In this document: positions 44,472-55,204 of the stretch, one piece after another | How positions within the stretch are numbered: the stretch's first letter is position 1 | How the letters are laid out: every line of letters starts with the position of its first letter | DNA from: Candidatus Wolfebacteria bacterium | Lineage (GTDB): Bacteria; Patescibacteriota; Minisyncoccia; UBA6257; UBA9933 | Assembly (NCBI GenBank): GCA_016188075.1 | Contig: JACPIO010000017.1 | Coordinates: 23,406 to 87,405 of the forward strand | Direction of reading: 5' to 3' | Length of the DNA: 64,000 nucleotides | Notes under the pieces: model-generated | What the model was told of the DNA's origin: nothing | What the model saw: only the letters and a program-made list of their open reading frames with translations | Database searches by the model: none | Position numbers and translations under genes: made by a program

Positions 44472-46079
44472 ATGCTCCAGACATTTCAGAAAGCGACCGA
44501 GCAGGCACTTGCGGCAATCCGCGAAGAGATGACCGTTCGAAAAACCACAGAGGTGTTTCTGCTTTTTACTATGGGCAGCCAGTTTGATCATCTGATCAAG
44601 ATGGCGCTCGAGAGGCTCGGAGTGTATTGTCTAGTGGCTGACCCAGCAAAGACGACCGTGGATGACGTTCGTATACTCTGGCCAACCGGGATTGTAATTT
44701 CCGGTGGTCCAGCCTCTGTCCACAGCGAACCACCACCGTTTGATTACCTCATTTTCGACCTTGGCATTCCAGTACTCGGAATCTGTCTTGGTTACCAGAT
44801 GTGGGCGAAACACATCGGCGTCGAGGTGAAGGCGGCGGACAAACGAGAATTTGGGCCGCACGATCTCGTCGTGACGAGCCCTGACTACACCCTATTCTAC
44901 GGATGTCCTCGTCGCATGAAAGTCCTCGAGAGTCACGGCGATCGGGTGGAGCCCTGTCCGCATTTCGAAATTACCGCTTCGACGGATAACGCGTTAGCGG
45001 CGGCCGCGCGGCATAACCATCTACACGGTCTGCAGTTTCACCCGGAATGCACGGAAACCGAGTACGGACCGCAGATCTTCGAGAATTTTTGTTTTCGAAT
45101 CTGCGGTGCTCGGGATCGTTACCCGGCCCAAGATGTCGCCCAGCAAAAGATAGCGCATCTCCGGGAGCAAACCCGAGACAAACGAGTGCTTTTGGCCCTC
45201 TCGGGCGGGTCGGATTCGTCGACCGTTGCCTATCTTTTGAAAGAGGCGATGCGGGACAATGGCGGAAAACTCCGCGGCGTCTATATCAAGGGTATTGACC
45301 GGCCAGATGACGAAGCTCACGCTAGGCAATACTTCGGCCACGAAGATTGGCTGGAGTTTCGAGTTGTAGACGAAACCGAAGCGTTCCTTGCGGCAGTCAA
45401 AGGCAAAACCTCGATGAGCGATAAGCGGTTAGCAATGAAGTTCGGGGTTTACCAAAGGGTTCTGGAGCGCGAAATCCAGGAGTACGCCGCCTCGCTCGTG
45501 GCGCAGGGCACGCTTTATACAGACAATAGCGAGAGCGGCCTTGGCTACACGGGTGGAGCCAGGAAGGCGGTGATCAAGCATCACCACAATACCGGCCTTC
45601 AATTCTCGGTGCCAGAACTCACGCCGCTTGACGACTGCGTGAAGGATAGCGGACGGAACATTGGCCGGTCGATCGGCGTGCCGGAAGCGTTACTCACCCG
45701 CCACCCGTTTCCGGGGCCAGGCCTCTTGCTCCGCGTTGAAGGAGAAGTAACCGCCGAGAAACTCGCGATGGCTCACTGGATCGACGACATCTACATTTCC
45801 GAACTCCGGAAGTGGAATCTCTACGATTCGGTTTGGCAAGCCGGAGCAGTGGTTACCGTCTCCACCCACACGGTCAGCATGGGAGATGATGCTGGCAGTC
45901 ACGCGGTCGTATGTCTTTGGGCAGTCTGGAGCGTAAACGGCTTTACTGCCCGATGGGCGGAACTGCCGGTTGATTTCCAACGGCATGTTTCCCGCCGAAT
46001 CACCAACGAAGTGAAAGGAGCGGGAGCGGTTACGTACCGCATCTCCGACAAGCCGCCGACCACGATTGAGTCGGGGTAA
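44472..46079 (+). CDS. guaA: GMP synthase (glutamine-hydrolysing), GATase + ATP-PPase + dimerisation domains
   Basis: 535 aa; GATase Cys (GICLGYQM) and HPE; PP-loop SGGSDSS; GMP-synthase C-terminal ...TRHPFPGPGLLLRV.../...RISDKPPTTIE. GC content and third-position GC clearly above neighbouring genes. Confidence 0.85.
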   Translation: MLQTFQKATEQALAAIREEMTVRKTTEVFLLFTMGSQFDHLIKMALERLGVYCLVADPAKTTVDDVRILWPTGIVISGGPASVHSEPPPFDYLIFDLGIPVLGICLGYQMWAKHIGVEVKAADKREFGPHDLVVTSPDYTLFYGCPRRMKVLESHGDRVEPCPHFEITASTDNALAAAARHNHLHGLQFHPECTETEYGPQIFENFCFRICGARDRYPAQDVAQQKIAHLREQTRDKRVLLALSGGSDSSTVAYLLKEAMRDNGGKLRGVYIKGIDRPDDEAHARQYFGHEDWLEFRVVDETEAFLAAVKGKTSMSDKRLAMKFGVYQRVLEREIQEYAASLVAQGTLYTDNSESGLGYTGGARKAVIKHHHNTGLQFSVPELTPLDDCVKDSGRNIGRSIGVPEALLTRHPFPGPGLLLRVEGEVTAEKLAMAHWIDDIYISELRKWNLYDSVWQAGAVVTVSTHTVSMGDDAGSHAVVCLWAVWSVNGFTARWAELPVDFQRHVSRRITNEVKGAGAVTYRISDKPPTTIESG

Positions 46080-46108
46080 GAACGGCGCTCGAGTAGCAGA
46101 ACGCATCA

Positions 46109-46143
46109 GGGCTCGACTAAGACTCTATATCTCGGTCGAGCCC
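46109..46143 (+). terminator. hairpin terminator after guaA
   Basis: gggctcgactaagactctatatctcggtcgagccc followed by ttccattttta. Confidence 0.5.
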
Positions 46144-46202
46144 TTCCATTTTTATTTAATAGAATAACGGCCTTCCTCTCAAAGTTTATCTTAAGATAAA
46201 CT

Positions 46203-46826
46203 TTATTGTCCAAAAAATTGACTAACTTTTTCAATCAATTCTTCGGGTTTATTAGCCAACGCTATTGGGTTGCCGCGGCTTAAGGTTTCTTTATCGTGAA
46301 AACCCCAGGCAACGGCAATACTTTCTACTCCGGCTTTTTCGGCTTCGCGGAGATCACCCAAGGTATCGGTTATAGAAAGGCAGTCCTCCGGCCCGACGCC
46401 GTATTTTTCGAAAATCATTTTTATTTTTTCGACCTTGCTTCGATGGATATCATTGCCCATAATTTCCGTAAAATATTGAGCGGCGTTGCGATTCTCTAAA
46501 TACTTCCGAATCGGGCTGGAGATACTTGAAGAAACAACCATTAGGATATAATTCTCGGCTAAATTTTTTATACATTCCAATATCCCTCTGAATATCGGAC
46601 TTTTCATAAGCGCGGGAACGTATCTATCGAAAAAATATTTCTCATCTTCGTCGGTCAAAGGCCGACCATTCGCTTCAGCCCAACTCTCATTAATATTGCC
46701 CTCAAAACGCCTTTTCATTTCCTCGCGAGTAAGCGATGGCTCAAACGATCTATTTACCTCATAGGCGCCCTCAAAAGAATCCACAATGACGCCGTCGAAA
46801 TCGAATAAGATAATTTGGCGATTCAT
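46203..46826 (-). CDS. HAD-superfamily hydrolase (beta-phosphoglucomutase-like phosphatase)
   Basis: 207 aa; motif I ILFDFDGVIVDS. Confidence 0.7.
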   Translation of the reverse strand: MNRQIILFDFDGVIVDSFEGAYEVNRSFEPSLTREEMKRRFEGNINESWAEANGRPLTDEDEKYFFDRYVPALMKSPIFRGILECIKNLAENYILMVVSSSISSPIRKYLENRNAAQYFTEIMGNDIHRSKVEKIKMIFEKYGVGPEDCLSITDTLGDLREAEKAGVESIAVAWGFHDKETLSRGNPIALANKPEELIEKVSQFFGQ

Positions 46827-46830
46827 AGCT

Positions 46831-47382
46831 TTACGACGTGCTTTCTTTAGAATTATTTAGGAGATTGTAAAATTTTTCTTTGAGTTTGTCGAGCTTGGGA
46901 CTAATGACAACTTGGCAATAAGGAGCGTTAGAATTTTTTTGATAATAATTCCGATGATAATTTTCCGCTTCGTAAAATTTTTCCAAAGGCTTTAATTCGG
47001 TTACCACGCGCTTGCCTGGTTGACTTAATTCTTCGATGAATTGTTTTGCTTCTTTTTCTTGCTCGGGAGTTGTATAAAAAATGATAGAACGATATTGCGT
47101 GCCCACATCGTTGCCTTGACGATTTAAAGTGGTCGGATCATGCGTGGCGAAAAAAACCGTTAAAAGATCCTGATAAAAAATTTGAATAGGATCGTATTCG
47201 AGTTTAATTACTTCGGCATGGCCAGTCTTACCACTCAATACTTCTTCATAGATGGGGTTAGTTTTTCCGCCGCCGGCATATCCGGGCACAACCGAAACCA
47301 CGCCCTTCAAGCCTTTGAAAACCGCTTCGGTGCACCAAAAGCAGCCGCCGCCAAAAACCGCGATTTCATTTTTTTCTGCCAT
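46831..47382 (-). CDS. msrA: peptide methionine sulfoxide reductase MsrA
   Basis: 183 aa; active-site GGGCFWCTE. Confidence 0.9.
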   Translation of the reverse strand: MAEKNEIAVFGGGCFWCTEAVFKGLKGVVSVVPGYAGGGKTNPIYEEVLSGKTGHAEVIKLEYDPIQIFYQDLLTVFFATHDPTTLNRQGNDVGTQYRSIIFYTTPEQEKEAKQFIEELSQPGKRVVTELKPLEKFYEAENYHRNYYQKNSNAPYCQVVISPKLDKLKEKFYNLLNNSKESTS

Positions 47383-47386
47383 AAGA

Positions 47387-49913
47387 TTATTTTCGGCGGT
47401 TCATCAACTTCTCCAGCTCGTAAACCATCTCGGTGGTTTTTATAATCGCGTCCGGGTTCAAAGACATTGATTCGATTCCTTCTTCAATCAAAAACTTGGC
47501 GAATTCCGGAAAAGTCGAGGGCGCGTCGCCGCAGATACCGACATACTTTTTGGCTTTACGGCATTTACGGATTACTTCGGCAATAAGTTTTTTTACTGAT
47601 TCGTCGCGTTCGTCGGCAATTCCTTTAATTTGGCCGCCGGCGTCGCGGTCAATGCCAACCGCAAGTTGGGTTAAATCATTCGAACCAATACTCATTCCGT
47701 CAAAAATTTTCAAAAACTCGTCGGCTAAAATGACGTTCGAGGGAATCTCGGCCATCACGTAGACTTTCAACGCAGACTCACGCTGACTTTTTTCCGCGTA
47801 GTTCCGCGTTAGTTTCCGCGTAGTTCCGCGAAAAAGTCCTTGCTTTGCCATAATGGCAAGGACTTTTTGTCCTTCCTCGGCTGTTCGGCAAAAGGGAATC
47901 ATCACCGCGATATTATCCAATCCCATTTCCTCGCGGACTTTTTTAATAGCCTTAATCTCTAAAATAAAGGCCGGCGCGAAATCCGGATGGTAATAGCGGG
48001 AGGCGCCGCGCCAGCCAATCATCGGATTCTCTTCTTGCGGTTCGTAGAGCTCGCCGCCGATTAAAGTGCGATATTCGTTAGTTTTAAAATCGGAGAATCG
48101 GACAATCACCTCTTTGGGATAAAAAGCCGCCCCGATTTTTGCGATACCATAAGCGAGTTTGTCAATATAAAATTGGGTTTTATCATTGTAGCCGATAGTC
48201 CGCTTTTCAATCTCTTTTATGATTTGTTTTAGATATTTAGTATTTTTGAATTTAGAATTTATTTGAAACTTGGAAATTGGAAATTGGAAATTCCTCTTCT
48301 TGATTTTTTCAAAATCAAGAATGAGGTTCGGATGTATTCCGATTTCCGAAGCGATAATAAACTCTTCCCGAGCCAATCCCACTCCATCGTTTGGCAAAAA
48401 CGATTTTTCAAAGGCTGTGTCCGGGGTCGCGATATTCATCGTGATTTTTGTTTTGGGCCGAGGGATTTTTTTGATATTGTGCTCGACTATTTTGAATTTC
48501 AGTACGCCGGAATAAACCAGGCCATCGCTCCCGGAACAGTCCACTGTAATCATCTCGCCGGTTTTAATTTTCCGCGTGGCGTTTTCCGTCCCCACAACAC
48601 AGGGAATTCCCAGATTGATGAATATTTTTCGTGTCTAAGATCACGCGGGCAAGGCCTGTCGCGATTTTACTCCCAACCGACGCGCCTTTGACGAGTAATT
48701 TCGGATTTCGGATTGCGGATTGCGGATTTTCTAACTTATATTCTTTTACTTTTGAATAATCGCGTTCCGCGTGAATTGTTTCCGGTCGGGCTTGGACAAT
48801 AAAAAGCTTCCCGGTTTTTCCGTCTTTGGCCCATTCCAAATCCATGGGCGTCCATTTTTTATGCCTTTTAGTATAATGTTCTTCAATTAAAACCGCCCAG
48901 CGAGCCAATTTTAGAATTTCTCCATCGTTTAAAATAAAATTTTCTTTTTCTTTTTGGGAGGTTGATACGATTTTTGTGTTTTTGATGGTTCGACGCGGCT
49001 CACCACTGGTGGTTCGACGCCGCCGACCACCAGTGCCGCTGGCTTCTCCATAAATCATCTTTCGATTTTTTACCCCCAATCTTTTATCGATAATCGGCAC
49101 AAGCGCGGACTGACGCTGACTTGACGCGGACTGACGCGAAATATCTCTGCGTAGGTCTGCGTGTAGTCCGCGTTGTTCTGCGAGTTTTGGTTTAAAAACT
49201 AAAAATTCGTCCGGCGTTACTTCGCCCTGAACAATCATTTCGCCCAAGCCCCACGAACCGTTAATGATAATTAAATCTTTGAACCCGGACTCGGTGTCAA
49301 GAGTGAATATCACGCCGGATGAACCTAAATCCGAACGCACCATTTTTTGAACGCCAACAGATAGAGCAACCTTAAAATGATCGAATCCTTTGTCGACGCG
49401 GTAAGAGATCGCCCGATCGGTAAAAAGCGAAGCCATGGCGGAGCGAACCGCGAGCAAAATTTCTTGCGAGCCCCGAATGTTTAAATACGTTTCGTGCTCC
49501 CCGGCAAAAGAAGCTCCGGGCAAATCCTCGGCCGTAGCAGAAGAGCGGACAGCCGTATCGGTATTTTTGCCGTACTTTTTTTCCATTTCGGCGCAGGCTT
49601 GCGCGATGTCTTTCTCGAGATCTTTGGGAAAATTTTTGGAACGAATTTCCTCGCGGATGAGCTTGGCGCGTTTTTCCAAATCATGAAGATTTTTTGTGTC
49701 CAATCCCTTTAAGGCAGTTTTAATAAATTTTTTTAGGCCGGTTTTGTCAAGAAAATAGCGGTAAGCAGTCGCGGTTACGACAAATCCGCCGGGGATATTA
49801 ATGCCCTTTAATTCCAGCTTTTGAATCATCTCGCCCAAAGAGGCATTTTTTCCGCCGACTTCCGGAACGTCTTTAATGGAGACCGCAGAAAGATTTTTAA
49901 TAAAAGGCTTCAT
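47387..49913 (-). pseudogene. ppsA: phosphoenolpyruvate synthase-like gene, disrupted (two ORF fragments 48564..49913 and 47387..48595)
   Basis: N-fragment has the PEP/pyruvate-binding domain and ends ...IATGLARVILDTKNIHQ. C-fragment begins at the ...ELGIPCVVGTENATRKIKTGEMITVDC motif of the phospho-His domain and continues into the TIM-barrel PEP-utilising domain. The frame changes at about 48610 and the ~55 codons that normally carry the catalytic His are absent. Several in-frame low-complexity insertions. Confidence 0.65.
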
Positions 49914-50003
49914 GGAGGCGTAATACCAATCTACGAATGCGCACGAATGATACGAATAGCTGCGAATTGATTCGTGACATTCGTATTAATTCGTAGATTC
50001 GTA

Positions 50004-51323
50004 TTATATCTTTAATACTACCATCAAATCCGCCACGTTGAAACTTTTCGGTTCGACAAAAAGCAAATCTCCGGTTTTTTCGAAAAAATGGAATGAATCG
50101 TGGTTATCCAGAAATTCTCCCTTGTCGAGATTTAAATTTCGCGCGGCCTCGATTGTTTTCGCGTCCGCGATGGCGCCGGCGGCCTCCGTCGCGTCGTGGC
50201 CATCGCTCGCGAAGGACATCATCACCGCGCCATCTTTTATGCCGGATTCGAAACTGCAGATTGCCCCTAAAACCGCCTCCATATTTCTTCCGCCTTTACC
50301 TAATTTGTGATTTTTGATAGTTACCGTTGTTTCTCCGGCAGCCAAAAAAACTTGATTCGATTTTATATTCCGCAGCATAGGCTCGAATATATCTTTTGCT
50401 TCGCCCTCTAGGGCCAGCGAGTAAATCTTACTTAAAAAGCCCAGTTTCTCCGCTTCCGCAAGCATGGCCATGACCGCGTCCTGGTTACAGACAAAAAGCA
50501 TGTTGGTTGTTTTTTTAAAAAGCGCTTTTTCTTTGGGCGTTTCAATCAAATGAAAATCCGCCGGATTCAAATTGTATTTTTTCAAAATTGTTTCCGCGTC
50601 AGCTTTTGTGGTTTCGTCAAAAACAGTGGGGCCGGACGCGATTATTCCCAAGTGATTGCCGCAGACGTCGGAAACAATCAGAGAAACGATTGTTGCTCTC
50701 GAAGCCATCTTTACTAACCCGCCGCCCTTCAAGATAGAAAGGTGTTTCCGTACCGTATTTAATTCTTCGATATTAGCTCCGGCTTTTGTCAGTTCTTTGG
50801 TAATTAAACTGGAATCTTTCAACTCTTCTTCGGAAACGCAGGTTAAGGAAGATCCGCCGCCTCCCACAAAAACAAGCAATAAATCTTCCTTAGTTAAAGA
50901 CTGGGCCAGCTTGATAATTTCTTTGGTCGCGACGATATTAGGCTCCGAAGGCAAGGGATGGGTACCTTTTAAAATTTCTAATTTCAAATTTCTGATTTCA
51001 AATTGCGGATTGCCAATATCAAGAGCGATGCCTTTTTCCAGTCGCTCGCCTAAAATATTAGCAATGGCATTGGAAGCCAAAGACGATCCCTTACCGATGC
51101 CGACCAGAAAGACCTTTTGAAATTTTGCCAAATCGATTTTAAATCCGCGATCAAAAAATAATCCCCTTGAACCAAAGTGTTTTATGACAAGCCGGTCTTT
51201 TTTCAAACTGACTTTTCGTAAAATTGCCGACTCAATCTCAATGGCCCGATAACCGGCTTCGGCGATTTTCAGGGCTTTTTCCCGTAAAGGCGTTTTCGCT
51301 AAATCTTTAAAATTGGTAATCAT
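50004..51323 (-). CDS. glycerate 2-kinase (MOFRL family)
   Basis: DUF4147 + MOFRL domains (…LLLVFVGGGGSSL…, …GGRNMEAVLGA…); start placed at internal Met (MITNFKDLAK), which avoids overlap with the ROK gene. Confidence 0.7.
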   Translation of the reverse strand: MITNFKDLAKTPLREKALKIAEAGYRAIEIESAILRKVSLKKDRLVIKHFGSRGLFFDRGFKIDLAKFQKVFLVGIGKGSSLASNAIANILGERLEKGIALDIGNPQFEIRNLKLEILKGTHPLPSEPNIVATKEIIKLAQSLTKEDLLLVFVGGGGSSLTCVSEEELKDSSLITKELTKAGANIEELNTVRKHLSILKGGGLVKMASRATIVSLIVSDVCGNHLGIIASGPTVFDETTKADAETILKKYNLNPADFHLIETPKEKALFKKTTNMLFVCNQDAVMAMLAEAEKLGFLSKIYSLALEGEAKDIFEPMLRNIKSNQVFLAAGETTVTIKNHKLGKGGRNMEAVLGAICSFESGIKDGAVMMSFASDGHDATEAAGAIADAKTIEAARNLNLDKGEFLDNHDSFHFFEKTGDLLFVEPKSFNVADLMVVLKI

Positions 51324-51333
51324 CCCCAAAAAT

Positions 51334-52101
51334 TTATTTTTTAAATAAAAGCGCTGCGCCGATAGCCGAAGAAGCTTCACCCAAGCGGCCCTCAAGGATG
51401 GGTATCCGCTTTAGGGGCGGGAGAACGCGTCTTGCCGCAGCCTGCCGAACCATGTTGATTTTAACGCCCTTGCTTGCGACTCCGCCGCCGCCCAAAACCA
51501 CCGCCTCCGGATCAAAAGCGTTTATTAAATTAGCCGCGGCAATCCCGATTATTTTACTCCGATCGCCTATTTTCAAAAAAGTCGATTTGGCGCCCAGGTC
51601 CTCCAATGTTTTACCCCCGTCAATTATCATATTGCCGAATTCTCCGGCGGTATTGTTTTCTCCGGAATAAATTTTTCCATCAATCATTATTCCTCCGCCG
51701 ATTCCGGTTCCAATAGTCAAGCTGACCGCGTTTTTATATTTCCGCGCGGCGCCCCACGCCGCCTCTCCCCGAAGAAAACAGCGGCTGTCGTTATCCACCA
51801 AAACCGACTGACAAAATTTCTCAAAAAAATTTTTAATGTTCCAGCCTTTTAAAAACGGCAAAATTTTATCGTAAAGTAAAACGCCGCGTTTTGAATCCAC
51901 TGCGCCTCTTATTCCCACTCCGATGCCTTTAATTTTTTTGCCAGCCGTAACCGAGGCAACGAATTTCTCAAGAGTTTTTAAAAAGTCTTTTTTATTTTTC
52001 GGCGTCGGTAAGACGAAATACGCCGGCTTATGCCGCTTAAAATTACTCATTAAAACCGCTCCGATTTTTGTCCCTCCGATATCGATTCCGAGATAATACA
52101 T
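51334..52101 (-). CDS. ROK-family sugar kinase (glucokinase-like)
   Basis: 255 aa; MYYLGIDIGGTKIGAVL ATP-binding N-terminus. Confidence 0.75.
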   Translation of the reverse strand: MYYLGIDIGGTKIGAVLMSNFKRHKPAYFVLPTPKNKKDFLKTLEKFVASVTAGKKIKGIGVGIRGAVDSKRGVLLYDKILPFLKGWNIKNFFEKFCQSVLVDNDSRCFLRGEAAWGAARKYKNAVSLTIGTGIGGGIMIDGKIYSGENNTAGEFGNMIIDGGKTLEDLGAKSTFLKIGDRSKIIGIAAANLINAFDPEAVVLGGGGVASKGVKINMVRQAAARRVLPPLKRIPILEGRLGEASSAIGAALLFKK

Positions 52102-52118
52102 ACCAAAATTTTTAATTT

Positions 52119-53945
52119 TTAATTATTACTAATTACTTTTTTTGCCTCTTCCCAAATAAGCGGATCGTTGTGCTTTTCTTTCAAAAGATACCACCATTCG
52201 GCGCCCCAGAGATAGTAATCTTCAAAACCAGTCTGTTTGGCATATTCTATTGTATCCCGAAAATAATCCGGACTAAAGAGGGCAATTTGTTCCTCGTAAG
52301 TTAATTCCGGAATTTCCTTCGCGCCCCACGGCTCGGCCTGAAGCTCAATCACAATAAACTTCTTTTCGTCATCGCGAGTAAGCCATCGAACCGCTCTTTC
52401 TTTTAACGGAAAATATTTTGGATCGATATGGTAATCAATTGGTCCAAGAATCGGACCGATAAAGCGCGGGTAAGCTTTCCGGTACATTGTTGTTCCAAAA
52501 ACATCGCCGGCGGCCGCCGCCTTGTGCCACAATCCAAACTCGCCGCCGTCGGTTATAAGCACCGGCCGCGATCCATCGAGATTTTTTACTATTTTAACTT
52601 CTTCTTCCAAAAATTTTTCGCCGCGGGAAGGACACTTGCCAAACATTAAAAAGGGTTCGTTTTCCACTTGCCACATTTCTATTGCCGAATCGTTCTTGTA
52701 TTTATTAACAAGTATTTCTATGTAATCCCGCAGAGCGATTTCCCGATCTCCGGTTTTTAAATTTTTTGCCCATTCCGGGATATGACATTCCGGCCAGCGC
52801 GGCGCCTTCATGCCTAAAGTTAAAATAATCTTAATTCCTTTTCCCCGGGCTTGATTAAGCTGCCAATCTAAATCGGAAAAATCATAGCTGGTTCTGTTTT
52901 TTTCAATTTTATCCCAATAAGCGACCAATCGAATTTTTTTCGGCCTTAAGTCGTCGACGATGGCCGTAAAATTTTCCCGCCAATTCAAATTCAGCTGTTC
53001 GGAAAATTTTTGAGAAAAAGTAACGCCCCATCTTAAGGGTCGGTTGGGATCAATGGCAATGCCCCGACCGTATTCCACGGAACCGAGCATTATCAATCCC
53101 GCGGCAATAAAAATAAGAGCGACAATCTTGCCCAAAAGCGCCCGGCCTCGAAATCGCTCGCGGAGCAATAACCAGCCGGCGAAAAAAACCACAATGTATT
53201 TAAAACTTTGCGTGGCGTCAACCAGGGCCGGCTGGCTTAGAAACAAAGCGTAGGAAAAAAGCAAAGAACCTAATCCGGCGTAGGCGCGGTTCATAAAATA
53301 AAGAGAATTATTGGAGATTTCGGCTTTTCCGGTTTCGGCAAAAAATCTCTTTCGCAAACGAGGAATCAAAAGAAGAATTAACACAAAGGCGATGGCGCCA
53401 AGCTTCAACCAAATAAAACCATTGATAAAGGCCGTGTTCTCAAAAACAATCTTGGCTAAAACCAAATAAAAGCCAAGGCCAAGAGCGCTGCCGACCGCGT
53501 AGATTAAAAGCGATAAGCGCTTAACCTTCCGCTCGGCAAAAAAAAGAATCAAAGTGGCAATACCCAAAAAGACAAACCCGATTATCTGCCCTAAATCCAA
53601 GGAATATTCCAAGAATATCGAACTAAGCACCAAAGTAAAAATGGGAGATAACCCGCCGATGAACGGTATGGTTTCCGACGCCTCGGTCACGACTAATCCC
53701 GAATAAAGAAGAAAAATCGAAAGCATTAAAGCCGCCCCGGCCGCAAAACAGAGCAAAATTATTTTTAAAGGCAAAAGAGCAAAGCCAAAAGGGACAAGAA
53801 CCAAGGCAAACCCGCCCACGAGCCCGAGCCAGAAAGTATAAACCCAGGGATCAAAAAACTTTCGCCTTAAAAGAATTCTGTCAAAAACCGAAGAAGTGCC
53901 GGCGATAAACTGCGAACCAACGGCAAAGGTAAGCCAGTCAAACAT
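52119..53945 (-). CDS. fusion protein: polytopic membrane domain + glycoside hydrolase (GH5-like) domain
   Basis: 608 aa; N-terminal ~290 aa with about 10 TM helices; C-terminal domain has the WQVENEP acid/base motif and a later ELQAEPW motif typical of clan GH-A. Last codons (KKVISNN*) are encoded by a TAATTAC-type repeat. Confidence 0.5.
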   Translation of the reverse strand: MFDWLTFAVGSQFIAGTSSVFDRILLRRKFFDPWVYTFWLGLVGGFALVLVPFGFALLPLKIILLCFAAGAALMLSIFLLYSGLVVTEASETIPFIGGLSPIFTLVLSSIFLEYSLDLGQIIGFVFLGIATLILFFAERKVKRLSLLIYAVGSALGLGFYLVLAKIVFENTAFINGFIWLKLGAIAFVLILLLIPRLRKRFFAETGKAEISNNSLYFMNRAYAGLGSLLFSYALFLSQPALVDATQSFKYIVVFFAGWLLLRERFRGRALLGKIVALIFIAAGLIMLGSVEYGRGIAIDPNRPLRWGVTFSQKFSEQLNLNWRENFTAIVDDLRPKKIRLVAYWDKIEKNRTSYDFSDLDWQLNQARGKGIKIILTLGMKAPRWPECHIPEWAKNLKTGDREIALRDYIEILVNKYKNDSAIEMWQVENEPFLMFGKCPSRGEKFLEEEVKIVKNLDGSRPVLITDGGEFGLWHKAAAAGDVFGTTMYRKAYPRFIGPILGPIDYHIDPKYFPLKERAVRWLTRDDEKKFIVIELQAEPWGAKEIPELTYEEQIALFSPDYFRDTIEYAKQTGFEDYYLWGAEWWYLLKEKHNDPLIWEEAKKVISNN

Positions 53946-55203
53946 TAAAATGATTTTCGATTATTTTTTTATATTCCCAGGCGCTCGGCCGGATTTTGCG
54001 CTCGAGAGTTCGATAATCAATTTCCACCAAGCCAAAGCGAGGCCAGAAACCATTGTCCCACTCGAAATTATCCGAAAGCGACCAGTGAAAATAGCCGCGG
54101 ACGGGAACGCCGCGCGCTAAAGCTCTCCCCGCGGCCTCAATGGTTTCCTTAATAAACCAAGCGCGATTTTTATCGCGCGCATCGGCCAAGCCGCTTTCCG
54201 TTATATAAATCGGCCTCTCGTAAACTTGGAGGTCCCGCAAAATGGATTCTATCCCTTCGGGATGAAGATCCCAGCCGACATCGGAGATAACTTCATTGGC
54301 GCTTCTCAATCCGTAACGGATGCGATGATGAAAGTAAAAGTTGAGTCCAATGGCGTCAATTTCGTTTTTTATTTTTTGGAGAAAACGATGATTCCAGAAA
54401 CGCTCAAATAATACTTTAAGAAAAGCGTTAACGGGGCCGCCGGACGATTTGAAATCCGAAAGGTTGCAAACGATGCCAATGGTAAACCTTGAACTGATTT
54501 TTTTCATCGCGCGGTAAGCCAACCGATGAGCCAAAATCAGAGAATTGAATCCGCGATAAAAATAAAAGAATCCATTTTTTTGAGGCGGCCGCCTCCCTCT
54601 ATAGTAAGCGTTTAAACAATAAATTTCCGGTTCGTTGATGGTAAACCAAAATTGAACATCGTTTTTAAAGGCGACGGCTAACCTTTCGGCGTAACGGACG
54701 AAATATCTTTGAAAATCTTCAGTCAATATTCCGCCCTTGTTTTCGAGCCACCGAGGCAAGGTCCAATGCCATAAAGTTACAAACGGCTCCATGTCCCGCT
54801 CGCGGAGCGCCCTAATTACTTCGCGATAATGCTCAATTTCTTTGCCGTTGAATTTTCCCTCTTCGGGCTCTATCCGCGACCACTCGATGGAAAAGCGATG
54901 GGCGTTGTGGCCCAATGATTGGGCAATATCAAAATCTTCTTTAAAGCGGTTGTAGTGGTCGCATGCTTGTCCGGAAATATAATTTTCAACTTGGAACGGA
55001 TTAGGGTGATTATTTAAAATATAATCCGGCCAGTGCTTTTTTTGCGCGCTTTGCGATAGGCGCTTTGCGTTTTGCCTTTCGAATAAAGTCCAATCATTTT
55101 GGTTGCCGCCCTCTACCTGGTGGGCTGACGTCGCCGCTCCCCAAAAAAATCCCGCCGGAAAAACAGATTTCCGGGCGCTTTTAGTGTTATCTTTAAATTC
55201 CAT
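53938..55203 (-). CDS. glycoside hydrolase family 1 (beta-glucosidase-like)
   Basis: FPAGFFWGAATSAHQVEGG, TLWHWTLPRWL, acid/base TINEPE and nucleophile region ITESGLAD (ESG in place of the usual ENG). Start placed at internal Met MEFKDN...; the track extends to 55356. Confidence 0.75.
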   Translation of the reverse strand: MEFKDNTKSARKSVFPAGFFWGAATSAHQVEGGNQNDWTLFERQNAKRLSQSAQKKHWPDYILNNHPNPFQVENYISGQACDHYNRFKEDFDIAQSLGHNAHRFSIEWSRIEPEEGKFNGKEIEHYREVIRALRERDMEPFVTLWHWTLPRWLENKGGILTEDFQRYFVRYAERLAVAFKNDVQFWFTINEPEIYCLNAYYRGRRPPQKNGFFYFYRGFNSLILAHRLAYRAMKKISSRFTIGIVCNLSDFKSSGGPVNAFLKVLFERFWNHRFLQKIKNEIDAIGLNFYFHHRIRYGLRSANEVISDVGWDLHPEGIESILRDLQVYERPIYITESGLADARDKNRAWFIKETIEAAGRALARGVPVRGYFHWSLSDNFEWDNGFWPRFGLVEIDYRTLERKIRPSAWEYKKIIENHFNV

Positions 55204-55204
55204 T

